Source of the DNA: Deltaproteobacteria bacterium
GTDB taxonomy: Bacteria; Desulfobacterota; Desulfobaccia; Desulfobaccales; 0-14-0-80-60-11
Length of the DNA stretch: 64,000 nucleotides
Assembly: GCA_021813445.1 (NCBI GenBank)
Contig: JAKAKP010000012.1
Span: 375-64,374 of the forward strand
Direction of reading: 5' to 3'
How positions within the stretch are numbered: position 1 is the stretch's first letter; the number at the start of each line of letters is the position of its first letter. The notes beneath the pieces are model-generated. The model was given only the letters and a program-made list of their open reading frames with translations. It was not told where the DNA came from and searched no databases. The translations under genes were made by a program, and so were the position numbers. Below, in pieces: positions 7,965-17,867 of this stretch.

Positions 7965-8396
7965 CTACCCTTGCCGCACCAATCTGGCTCCCAGGTCAAA
8001 GGCCTGCCGGCAATCCTGGGAGAAGACCTCCTGGCGTCTTTTGGCCTTATGCTCCTGGTCAAAACGGGTCACCAGCACCTTGGTATAATCCTTAAAGGAG
8101 CGCATCTCGCCGGAGACCGTGCCGAAATAGATGGGCGAGCCCAGGATCAGGGCATCGGCCGCCTCGACTCTTTTCAGGAGGGGCCGCAGATCATCCTTGA
8201 CTGCGCAGCGGCCGTAGCTCTTGCCGCCGATGGTTTTGCATTTAAAACAGCTGATACATCCCGTAAATCTTAGATCATAGAGATGGATGAGTTCGGTGGC
8301 CGCACCCTGGGACGCGGCTCCTGCCAGGGCCTTGCCCAGCAGGGTGGCGGTATTCCATTTCTTCCTGGGGCTGCCGTTAAAGGCCAGGACTTGCAT
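7965..8396 (-). CDS. Flavodoxin-like / NAD(P)H-dependent FMN reductase family protein, apparently internally shortened
   Basis: N-terminus MQVLAFNGSPRKKWNT, then GCISCFKCK and LILGSPIYFG. At 143 aa it looks about 65 aa short in the middle compared with family members I recall. Confidence 0.6.
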   Translation of the reverse strand: MQVLAFNGSPRKKWNTATLLGKALAGAASQGAATELIHLYDLRFTGCISCFKCKTIGGKSYGRCAVKDDLRPLLKRVEAADALILGSPIYFGTVSGEMRSFKDYTKVLVTRFDQEHKAKRRQEVFSQDCRQAFDLGARLVRQG

Positions 8397-8572
8397 ATGT
8401 ATCCCTCGGTTGGAGCAGATTGATAGACTGTGTCTTCTATTCCAATTAATTTTAACCTATTAACTGGCCAGAGTCTAATGGGGCACAAGTTATCCTTAAA
8501 CCTATTGCAACACCTGATTTAGGGTTTTGATCATTTTTCAACCCGGGGAAAGTAGAGAAAAGAGGTTTTTAA

Positions 8573-8648
8573 GTCCCCCTTTCCTAAAGGGGGATTTGGG
8601 GGGATTATCCGGCGCTGACATAATCCCCCCTGCCCCCTTTCTGGGGGC
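8573..8648. repeat. Repeat family E copy (CCCCCTTTnnnAAAGGGGGATTTGGGG ... AATCCCCCC ... CCCCCTTTCTGGGGG)
   Basis: The same three-hairpin architecture appears at 23316-23394. Partial relatives lie at 7487-7525 and 16205-16245. Confidence 0.75.
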
Positions 8649-8947
8649 TTTCGATTTATCTGACAAAATTGGGAGGCAAATGCGGCGGGGGCATGCTCCC
8701 CCGGAGATTACCGGGAAGATCTCTGCGGTGAGCGGATTTGACTGCTGGGGAGGTGTTTGCAACAGTTCGAAAAATACAGGAATGAACCGGCAATCCCCAG
8801 AGCCAGCAGCACCAAGATGCTCACTAGCAGCAACCAGGGTCTCTTCATGGCGACTTTTTTTCTTAGAATTTACTGGGTGGGCCGGGTCCTCAAAAACCGG
8901 CGACCCCAGCCCGTCCTATTAACTGCTCCCTGCTCACCGCTGACTGC

Positions 8948-9865
8948 TCACTGAAAAGAGATTACCGTCCAGGCGTCCAGGGCCGCGAACATGAGCAGCC
9001 AAAAGGCCAATTGCCCCAGCCAGAACCAGCGCCGCCGACTGGGGGTGGTGAGCACCCGTGCCGTCAAGGCCTGATAAAAATTATACATGACCGCGCATTC
9101 CAGGGCAAAGGGCAGGAACCCCAGGAAGCCCAGGATGGGCATCTCGAAGATTTTACAAAAGTTGAAGACCGGTAAGGTGTAAACCCATTTGGCCGTGGCC
9201 GGGTAGTTCCACATCTCCCACCACAGCCCGCAGATGAGGCCCGCGGCCAGGAGACCATAAATTTCCTGGCGCTCGCCGGCGAGCCAGCGCCGGGTCAGGG
9301 ATTTTCCCTCCAGCAATTCGCAGATCGGGTCCAGGAGGAAGAAAACCGCCCCCCAGAGCAGGGCAAAGGCATAATGGGACTGGCTCAGGGTGAGGACCAG
9401 GCACACCGTGCCCAGGATGAGCCAGAGGGGCTGCCAGGAAGACCAGGCGCGGCTCTCGCCCCCGGCTCCCTGCCAAGCCCCCCACGCGGCCAGCACCCGG
9501 GCGGTGAGGAAGATGCCGGGGAGCACGGTGGCAAAGGCAAAGGCGTAGCCGGGCCAGCGCTGCCACCATTGGGGCAGCAGCCCCGCATAGCGCCAGTTTT
9601 GTAAAACCAGATTAAAGGCCTCAAATACCAGCCAGCAGGTCACCGACCAGCAGAGAAGGCGCAAAAACTCCCGGGGCCGGGAGAGCAGCCAAAAATTCCC
9701 TTCCTTGAGGCACAGCAGGGCGTCCAGGAAGAGGAGATACGGGTACCAAGCAAAGAAGTAAAGGTGGGAGGCAAAGGGTTCCCGGCCCTGGAGTGCGCCC
9801 CATAAGGACACGGTCCAGATGAGAAGAGCGGCCGCGATCAAGAGAAAAGCCAAGGTTTTCCGCAA
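8948..9865 (-). CDS. Polytopic integral membrane protein, function unknown
   Basis: 305-aa ORF with a TTG start and about 8 hydrophobic, Trp-rich segments. No family was recognised by eye. Confidence 0.6.
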   Translation of the reverse strand: MRKTLAFLLIAAALLIWTVSLWGALQGREPFASHLYFFAWYPYLLFLDALLCLKEGNFWLLSRPREFLRLLCWSVTCWLVFEAFNLVLQNWRYAGLLPQWWQRWPGYAFAFATVLPGIFLTARVLAAWGAWQGAGGESRAWSSWQPLWLILGTVCLVLTLSQSHYAFALLWGAVFFLLDPICELLEGKSLTRRWLAGERQEIYGLLAAGLICGLWWEMWNYPATAKWVYTLPVFNFCKIFEMPILGFLGFLPFALECAVMYNFYQALTARVLTTPSRRRWFWLGQLAFWLLMFAALDAWTVISFQ

Positions 9866-9909
9866 GGGTACACTTCCTTTTACTGGCGCTGGATCAAGAA
9901 ATCTGTCCT

Positions 9910-10002
9910 GAAAAGTTCAAAGTTCAAGGTTCAAAGTTCAAGGTTAACTGCCGGTAAATTTTCATAATTTATGGGTAAGCCAAAAGCTCATGAGCAACTG
10001 TT
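9910..10002 (+). repeat. Repeat family B copy 2, with a longer (GTTCAAR)n head
   Basis: Matches 1038-1116. Confidence 0.85.
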
Positions 10003-10423
10003 TAGCAAAGAGGGGCCTCACGCAAAGACGCAAAGTAAAACAATTCCCAAAGATAATTTTTACTACTATCATCTTCCCGGTCAAGGGGAATGTTGTCTTA
10101 ATTTGATCAAATCGGTCTTCAGCATCTTTTTATCCATAAAACAGCAAATTTGAAGCAAATAAATAATTAATTTGAGATTAAATCCACTAAAATTGATTAA
10201 CTAATGGATATTACAGATAAAATACATTATGTAGTCTTGTGGCGCCATTAGTAAAGTTACTTAAAAGGACCAGTAACACCATTTTTCCCTTGATTTTAGC
10301 GGTTATTATCTGGTATAGGAAAGCAAACAAAGGATGCGCAGGCTCGTCTTTAGTGGGGGAGGCGGGACACAGAGTCCTGAAATCCTGCCAAGCTGGTTCA
10401 TACCCTTCTGGTGAGGAAATGCT

Positions 10424-11956
10424 ATGTTTTCATGGGGGATGGGGGTATTTCTTTGTTTTATCTTTTTAATGGGGTGTGGCGGCGGCCACCAAGTTACAGT
10501 AAAAGATGAACCGGTACCGCAAGTTGCCACCGCCTCTATTCCCGACGATAATGAAGCGTCATCCCTGACTGAGGAACTGAGCGCCAAGCGCCTGGAGGAA
10601 CTCTACGCCAAGAGCGGCATCCCCGGTTGGGACCCGAGCCTGGAAGAGGAATTAAAGAAATGGGATCATCAGGCCAAATTTGATGCGCCCATTCAGATCA
10701 ACAAACAGGTCCGGGCCTACCTGGTCTATTTCTCCACCGAGCGCAAAGAAGTAATCCGCCGTTATCTGGCCCGTTCCACCCGCTATTTGCCCATGATCAA
10801 AGAGGTCTTCCGGGAAAACGGCCTGCCGGAAGACCTGGCTTATCTGGCCATGATCGAAAGCGGCTTTAACGCCAAGGCCTACTCCCCGGCCCATGCCTGC
10901 GGCATGTGGCAATTCATCCGAGGCACCGGTGCCCGCTACGGGCTGTCCCTGGACAGTTACGTGGATGAGCGGCGGGACCCGGAAAAGTCCACCAAAGCGG
11001 CTGCCAAGTACCTCCTGGATCTGTATAAGCAGTTCGGTTCCTGGTATCTGGCCGCGGCCAGCTACAACTGCGGCGAAGGCCGGGTGCAAAAAGAGCTGAA
11101 CCGCAGCAATCACAAGAACTTCTGGGAGCTGTCCGACAATCAGTGCCTGCCCACTGAAACCAAAAATTATGTGCCCCAATTGATCGCAGCCACCATTATC
11201 GCCAAGAACCCGGAGAAATTCGGGTTCAAAGGTATCCCCTATCTGCCGGCCCTGGCGGTGGACAAAGTGCAGGTGAAAGAGCCCACTTCTTTGCAGGCCG
11301 CGGCCGTGGCCGTCAATGTGCCGGTGGAAGAGGTGCAGTCCCTCAACCCGGAACTGCTCCGGGGCGTTACCCCGCCGGACGGTATTTACACTTTGAAATT
11401 GCCCTCCAAGAGCCAGGAGGCCTTTGCCAAAAATATCGAGATAGCCCGGATAGAGCACCCGGCGGTGGCCTCCAGACCGACCCGGGTGGCCCGGACCGAG
11501 TATTCCCACAAATCCGCGCCGGTCAAAGTGGCCCATCACGTGAATGCCGGGAGCCCGCATAAGTATGAACATAAGTATGAAAAGAAGAGCAAAGCCCTGG
11601 CCAGTAAGGCCAGCAAGACCGGAAAAAAGGGCCGGACCGAAACGGTAATGGTCAAAAAGGGGAAATTCAGGCATAGCGCCGGGGAAAAGACCTCTGCCGT
11701 CCATACCGCTTCTATGCTGCCGTTCGGCGAATCTGCCAAGTCCGCTCACAAGGGAAAGACCCACGTTGCCGCCAGCGAGGGCAAGGGCAAGGGCAGGATA
11801 CATCACGGCGAAAAGGCCAGCAACAAAAGGAGCGGCGTCCATCTCGCCCGGAGAGAAGGTGCCTCCAAGAGTTCCAAGAATACCGGGAAGCACCGCAAAG
11901 ACAAAGACAAAATCTCCAGAGCTCCATCCCGGGCGGTGGTGGCCTCCGCCATGTAA
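10424..11956 (+). CDS. Lipoprotein lytic transglycosylase (MltD-like SLT domain) with a Lys/His/Ser-rich C-terminal tail
   Basis: Lipobox FLMGC; SLT motifs AYLAMIESGFN and CGMWQF; ASYNCGEG. The last ~150 aa are low-complexity and basic. Confidence 0.85.
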   Translation: MFSWGMGVFLCFIFLMGCGGGHQVTVKDEPVPQVATASIPDDNEASSLTEELSAKRLEELYAKSGIPGWDPSLEEELKKWDHQAKFDAPIQINKQVRAYLVYFSTERKEVIRRYLARSTRYLPMIKEVFRENGLPEDLAYLAMIESGFNAKAYSPAHACGMWQFIRGTGARYGLSLDSYVDERRDPEKSTKAAAKYLLDLYKQFGSWYLAAASYNCGEGRVQKELNRSNHKNFWELSDNQCLPTETKNYVPQLIAATIIAKNPEKFGFKGIPYLPALAVDKVQVKEPTSLQAAAVAVNVPVEEVQSLNPELLRGVTPPDGIYTLKLPSKSQEAFAKNIEIARIEHPAVASRPTRVARTEYSHKSAPVKVAHHVNAGSPHKYEHKYEKKSKALASKASKTGKKGRTETVMVKKGKFRHSAGEKTSAVHTASMLPFGESAKSAHKGKTHVAASEGKGKGRIHHGEKASNKRSGVHLARREGASKSSKNTGKHRKDKDKISRAPSRAVVASAM

Positions 11957-12104
11957 TATTTTTTCTTTAAATAAAATCGTCTTGGCAGGGGCGGACCCGG
12001 AGTCCGCCCCTTTTGATTGCGCCTGGCAGTATGATTTGTTAAAACAAGGCATCACTCCGAGCTTCGCATCCCGCCGCCTTTTGCATTTTTTTTCTTTTGG
12101 CCCC

Positions 12105-12133
12105 TTGATTTTCCCGATCTTCATGGTTAAAAA
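12105..12133 (+). promoter_or_regulatory. Candidate sigma70 promoter of groESL (TTGATT-N17-TAAAAA)
   Basis: The -35 is at 12105-12110 and the -10 at 12128-12133. The predicted transcription start falls at the CIRCE element. Confidence 0.45.
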
Positions 12134-12139
12134 ATACTG

Positions 12140-12166
12140 TTAGCACTTACTATGAATGAGTGCTAA
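12140..12166 (+). promoter_or_regulatory. CIRCE operator (HrcA binding site)
   Basis: TTAGCACTT-N9-GAGTGCTAA compared with the consensus TTAGCACTC-N9-GAGTGCTAA. It lies 45 nt upstream of the groES ATG. Confidence 0.9.
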
Positions 12167-12211
12167 CAATCGCAAACCGAAATAATCATTATAATCAGGA
12201 GGTTGTTGTCC

Positions 12212-12499
12212 ATGAAAGTTAAACCCTTGAATGATCGCGTCTTGGTCAAGCGGACTGAAGAACTGACGGTCACCAAAGGCGGCATTGTGATTCCCGACAC
12301 CGCCAAGGAAAAGCCCATTGAGGGCAAAATTGTCGCAGTGGGCCCCGGCAAGATGAGTGAGCAAGGCCAGCGTATGACCCTCCAGGTCAAAGAAGGGGAC
12401 AAGGTCCTGTTCGGCAAATATTCCGGCACTGAAATCAAAGTCGAGGGCGAAGAGTACCTGATGATGCGGGAAGAAGATATCCTGGCCATTATCGAGTAA
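12212..12499 (+). CDS. groES: Co-chaperonin GroES
   Basis: [14 protein letters not shown]...; the AGGAGG RBS lies 9 nt upstream of ATG 12212. Confidence 0.95.
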   Translation: MKVKPLNDRVLVKRTEELTVTKGGIVIPDTAKEKPIEGKIVAVGPGKMSEQGQRMTLQVKEGDKVLFGKYSGTEIKVEGEEYLMMREEDILAIIE

Positions 12500-12555
12500 T
12501 AGCCCGTTCCACCGTTTCATCACTTAAAGTCTTTTTTATCCAGATAAATTTTTAG

Positions 12556-14208
<1,653 letters not shown>

Positions 14209-14319
14209 GAAGCAGGGGTTAGGGGTTAGGGATCAGTGGCACAGCGTCCCGCCTGTGATTAATTACCCTGGTACATCCTAATCCTTAAAATGTAGGGTGG
14301 GCTTGCCCCACCAAGCGCA

Positions 14320-14351
14320 GGGGCGGCCCGTGGGGCCGCCCCTATTTTTTG
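14320..14351 (+). terminator. Rho-independent terminator after groEL
   Basis: A GGGGCGGCC-loop-GGCCGCCCC stem followed by TATTTTTTG. Confidence 0.75.
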
Positions 14352-14422
14352 TTATAAAATTAGCGAAAATTCAGATATATAAGATTTAATGCTTTCAATT
14401 CTTGACTGCCCTGGGAGGAATC

Positions 14423-14644
14423 ATGAAAAGGCAGCTTACTGCCATTATTGAGCGGGAAGGCGAGGGCTATGTAGCGCTTTGTCCTGAACTTGATATCGCC
14501 AGCCAGGGAAATACTGTCAGGGAAGCACGGGAAAACCTCCAGGAGGCCCTGGAGTTGTTTTTTGAGTCGGCTTCCCCAGAGGAAATTCAAAGGCGTCTGC
14601 GCCCAGAGGTCTATGTGACTCAGGTCGAGGTAGCGGTTGGGTAA
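14423..14644 (+). CDS. hicB: HicB-family antitoxin
   Basis: MKRQLTAIIEREGEGYVALCPELDIASQGNTVREARENLQEALELF matches the UPF0150/HicB N-terminal fold pattern. A GGGAGG RBS lies upstream. Confidence 0.8.
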   Translation: MKRQLTAIIEREGEGYVALCPELDIASQGNTVREARENLQEALELFFESASPEEIQRRLRPEVYVTQVEVAVG

Positions 14645-14858
14645 ACTGCGAGTCCTCTCAGGGCAAGAGGTCTGCCAAATCCTATCCAGACATGGCTTTG
14701 CCGAGGTTCGCCGCCGGGGCAGTCATATCGTCATGCAGAAAAAAGGAGCAGGTGGCACTACTACCATCCCGGTTCCCGACCATGCAGAGATTAAAATCGG
14801 CACCCTGCAATCGATCATCCGGCAATCGGGAATCCCCCGGACGGAATTCAAGTTCTAG
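14637..14858 (+). CDS. hicA: HicA-family mRNA interferase toxin
   Basis: 73 aa: LSGQEVCQILSRHGF...RRGSHIVMQK....IPVPDH.EIKIGTLQSIIRQSGI. The TTG start overlaps the hicB stop. Confidence 0.8.
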   Translation: MGKLRVLSGQEVCQILSRHGFAEVRRRGSHIVMQKKGAGGTTTIPVPDHAEIKIGTLQSIIRQSGIPRTEFKF

Positions 14859-15002
14859 ACTGCGTTCTGCCCACGCAAACCCAGGGGCGGCCCATTAGGC
14901 CGCCCCGATATTATAGGTGGCACAGGCGTCCCGCCTGTGCTTTAGCAGAGTCAAGGCGGGATGCGCTTCGCTTTCCTGCCCTACGGCCCTTCGGGACCCG
15001 AC

Positions 15003-15125
15003 TTAGCGCTTCGTTACAGTGTTGGATTCCCAGTTACCCACCCAGATATTGGCCCCGTCGAAGGCGATGCCGCGCGGGGCAAAGCCTAAATCATAAGTGC
15101 CCAAAACCGTTGCCAGGTGAGAGAT
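15003..15125 (-). pseudogene. C-terminal remnant of an NHL/beta-propeller repeat protein
   Basis: A 40-codon frame reads ...LGTYDLGFAPRGIAFDGANIWVGNWESNTVTKR-stop. It is bounded upstream by an in-frame TAG and has no start codon. Confidence 0.45.
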
Positions 15126-15377
15126 CTAGCTAGGGGTCGATTCCTGTCATCACTCTGAACGATAAAAAGGTCAAGCCAAGTTGTGTTTAGAAGAAACAAT
15201 GGAAAAGTCCAAAAAAAGGCGACCCCACGGGTCGCCCATTAGGTGCGCTACTGGCGCTTGTCTTTAACGGCGGCTCTTTGTCGTGCCCGCCCGATGATTG
15301 GCTCTTGACTTTCTTCAAGCCGCTCTTAATTTGGAACCGTCACATCCTGCGATTTTATCCCAAGAGAGGATAATTAA

Positions 15378-15833
15378 ATGACGCGTCCATGGTGTAACCG
15401 ATCATGCATTATATCGGCAATTGTTGCAATTTGCATCAATTTTGCCGCGTCTCCCCTGGAAGCTAAAAAGCCCCTGCCCCTGGTGGCGGAAGTGACCATC
15501 GACCTCAAGGGCGTGGGCGCGATCGTGGGCGTCAGTTGGGGTCACGGGGTGCTCTGGTTTAAAGGCAAGAAGTACCCCTTCCAGGTGGAGGGCTTAAGCG
15601 TGGGGGACGTAGACTATGCCGATATCAAGGCCCGGGGCAAGGTTTATGGCCTGAAAAACCCCAGGGACCTGAGCGGCGCCTACGCGGCGCTGGGCGCGGG
15701 CGTGGCCCTGGCCGGGGGCGTTTCCGGCCTGGCCATGCAAAACGAGCGGGGGGTGGTCATCGACCTCTCCGCCACCCAACAGGGGGTCAAACTGAATATC
15801 GGCCCCCAGGGCCTGACCATCAGGATGAATTGA
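15378..15833 (+). CDS. Secreted hypothetical protein
   Basis: 151 aa with an N-terminal hydrophobic signal (IISAIVAICINFAASPLEA) and a Gly/Val-rich beta-type body. An AGAGG RBS region lies upstream. Confidence 0.6.
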   Translation: MTRPWCNRSCIISAIVAICINFAASPLEAKKPLPLVAEVTIDLKGVGAIVGVSWGHGVLWFKGKKYPFQVEGLSVGDVDYADIKARGKVYGLKNPRDLSGAYAALGAGVALAGGVSGLAMQNERGVVIDLSATQQGVKLNIGPQGLTIRMN

Positions 15834-15944
15834 GGCAATGCCGGGAGGAGGAGAGAAAGGACTGTCTCTGCCCTTATCCCAGTATCATGTCCTATGAATA
15901 CCTTACATAAGTTGACCTGCATTTCTCCCTCCCCCTTCGAGGCC

Positions 15945-16095
15945 TAGGCATTTGCAAAAGTCTTTTTCTCTGCGTATCTTCTCTCTGCGCTCTCTGCGCC
16001 TCTGCGGTGAAAAAAAGGGAAATTCACCGCTAAGACGCAGAGAACGCAGAGAATTCGCTGAGAGTTTTTACGATTAAATAGGCATTTTGCAAAAG
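15945..16095. mobile_element. MITE-like hairpin element flanked by a 16/17-nt direct repeat
   Basis: Inverted arms lie at 15968-16011 and 16023-16064 (CTCTGCG... / ...CGCAGAG units). The flanks are TAGGCATTTGCAAAAG (15945-15960) and TAGGCATTTTGCAAAAG (16079-16095). Confidence 0.5.
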
Positions 16096-16334
16096 GCTCA
16101 TTACCCATAAGTCTTAATTTGGCGGGAGAGCATTTCTGGTTGTGTCCAGATTCTGCCAGGGCTAGATTCTTATGAACCATGGGGTCTTAGGGTTGGAGCG
16201 CCTCAAAATCCCCCCAGCCCCCTTTTTCAAAGGAGGAGTAAGAAAGTGCCTGATTTAAGGTATTCCTTGGTGGCGCAGGCTTTCCAGCCTGCGCAGTTTA
16301 TCCCGTGGTCACGGCCTTATGATCCAAAGATGCG

Positions 16335-16384
16335 GCACCCCCTGAGGCCGCAACCAGCGGTTGCGGTCCGGCCTTAGGGGGTGC
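16335..16384 (-). terminator. Nested GC-rich hairpin just 3' of the octaheme cytochrome gene (possible terminator or stabiliser; no T-tract)
   Basis: GCACCCCCT...CCGCAACC-gctg-GTTGCGG...AGGGGGTGC. Confidence 0.3.
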
Positions 16385-16399
16385 TGGTTGGTAGTCCAC

Positions 16400-17830
16400 C
16401 TATTTCTTTGCCGGCGCCTTCACCCACGGCGGGGTGGTGTCGCCGCCGGCTCCCGGGAAATTGGGATAGCGGTAAGCCTTGCGGTTGTGCAGCAGCATGT
16501 CCTGGGCCTCTTCCATAATGGCGCAGAACCGCTTTTTGCACTCGTAAAACCCATGCCACCAGGTGTAGTCCGGAGCCATCATGGCCGCGCCCATCCGGGC
16601 CCGGCGGCCTTCGTGATGCCACAATTCGTAGAACTCGAATTCCAGCTTCTCGTCGAAGTATTTGGTCTGATCCAACAACTTCTTGGCGTAGAGGTCATCC
16701 ATGACCTTCTTGACGGGTTTGTAGTAGATATCGTTGTAATTCTTGACCACCTCATCCAACTTTTGGTAGTGGCCGTCCACCCATTGCTGGGAATGGCACT
16801 GGAGGCAGATCTCCTTCATCTTGTTGCGCTCCACCTCCCAATTGGTCTTGGCCGGGAAGGCGGCGAACTCGGAGGGCCGCACCGTCAGCGGCGCTTGCAG
16901 CTCCCAGGAGAGCCGTTCGGTGACGTCGTGGGTGGTCAGGGTGGTGCCGGCCCCGGACATATGGCAGGAGGCGCAGGTAGGGCCCCGGTAATCCACCCCC
17001 GGCGTCCAGGTGCCCGGCGCCGCGTTCCAGTTATAGGTGTTGCCGAACGCGGCGTAAATGTCGCCGTGTTTAGACTCCGTATAAATCTCGATCTGGGGAT
17101 GGTCCGGTCCCAGGTGGCACTGGCCGCAGGCCTCGGGCTTGCGGGCGTCCATGATGGAAAAACGGTGCCGGGTATGGCAACTGGAGCAACTGCCCAGGCT
17201 GCCGTCCGGGTTGATGCGGCCCACTCCCACGTTGGGCCAGGTCATGGGGTCCGGCTTGCCGTCCACTATTTTAACCGTGGTGCCGTGGCAGGTATAGCAG
17301 CCGCTGGCCCGCTCCACCGCGTTGTTCATCCCGTCCTTGAGCCAGAGGTCGATTTTCCAGATGATCTCGTTGGTGTGGGCGTGCTTGCTGCGGTCGAACT
17401 GCTTGACTTCATCGGGATGGCAGCGGGAGCAGGTCTTGGGGGTGACCACCGCCACCACCGGCACCCGGTATTCGGCCGTGCCCCACTTATTGTTGGAGAG
17501 CTCATACTGCTTATAGTGGGTGGCGTCGACGCCGGGGTCGGCCTTGTCGCCTTCATGGCAGTCCAGGCAGGTGATGTTGGCCACCGCGTGGCGGCTCATG
17601 GACCAGTCGGTGAAGATCCCGGGGCTCACCTGCTTGTGGCATTCGATGCAGGCCACCGCCTGCTTGGACATGCTGCGCTCGATGCGGAATTCCTTCACCT
17701 TGGGGACGTTCACCGCGGCCGCACCTGCCTGGGGTTTGGCCGGTTTCTGGGCCCAGGCGATCACCGTCCCCGCCAGCAGCAAGCCCGCCAGCGCTGCCAT
17801 TGCCATCCAGAAGACTGCTTGTCGTTTCAT
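16400..17830 (-). CDS. Octaheme c-type cytochrome, hydroxylamine oxidoreductase (HAO) family
   Basis: ORF 16400..18262 trimmed to ATG 17830 (MKRQAVFWMAMAALAGLLLAG, a signal peptide) with a GAGGAGG RBS. Eight CxxCH motifs are present (CIECH, CLDCH, CSRCH, CYTCH, CSSCH, CGQCH, CASCH, CLQCH). Confidence 0.85.
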   Translation of the reverse strand: MKRQAVFWMAMAALAGLLLAGTVIAWAQKPAKPQAGAAAVNVPKVKEFRIERSMSKQAVACIECHKQVSPGIFTDWSMSRHAVANITCLDCHEGDKADPGVDATHYKQYELSNNKWGTAEYRVPVVAVVTPKTCSRCHPDEVKQFDRSKHAHTNEIIWKIDLWLKDGMNNAVERASGCYTCHGTTVKIVDGKPDPMTWPNVGVGRINPDGSLGSCSSCHTRHRFSIMDARKPEACGQCHLGPDHPQIEIYTESKHGDIYAAFGNTYNWNAAPGTWTPGVDYRGPTCASCHMSGAGTTLTTHDVTERLSWELQAPLTVRPSEFAAFPAKTNWEVERNKMKEICLQCHSQQWVDGHYQKLDEVVKNYNDIYYKPVKKVMDDLYAKKLLDQTKYFDEKLEFEFYELWHHEGRRARMGAAMMAPDYTWWHGFYECKKRFCAIMEEAQDMLLHNRKAYRYPNFPGAGGDTTPPWVKAPAKK

Positions 17831-17867
17831 CGCCACGCCCCCTCCTCGCTGAGATGAAGCCTTATTA

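Noticed and set aside
8708-8848. 46-aa ORF with one TM helix (MKRPWLLLVSILVLLALGIAGSFLYF...) downstream of the 305-aa membrane protein gene
   Set aside because: It is plausible as a small membrane protein, but there is no Shine-Dalgarno sequence and the tail overlaps a family E repeat region. The evidence is insufficient to call.
10652-12124. 490-aa ORF antisense to the MltD-like gene. Similar long antisense ORFs: 12520-13971 (opposite groEL), 18971-21613 (opposite the RND pump), 16361-17857 (opposite the HAO cytochrome), 3562-4776 (opposite EF-G), 62781-63998 (opposite Hsp20/CDC48), and 23511-24512 (opposite TolC).
   Set aside because: These are shadow ORFs, typical of GC-rich DNA. Their translations are low-complexity (G/H/Q/L/D/P-rich) with no motifs, whereas the opposite strands encode unmistakable conserved proteins.
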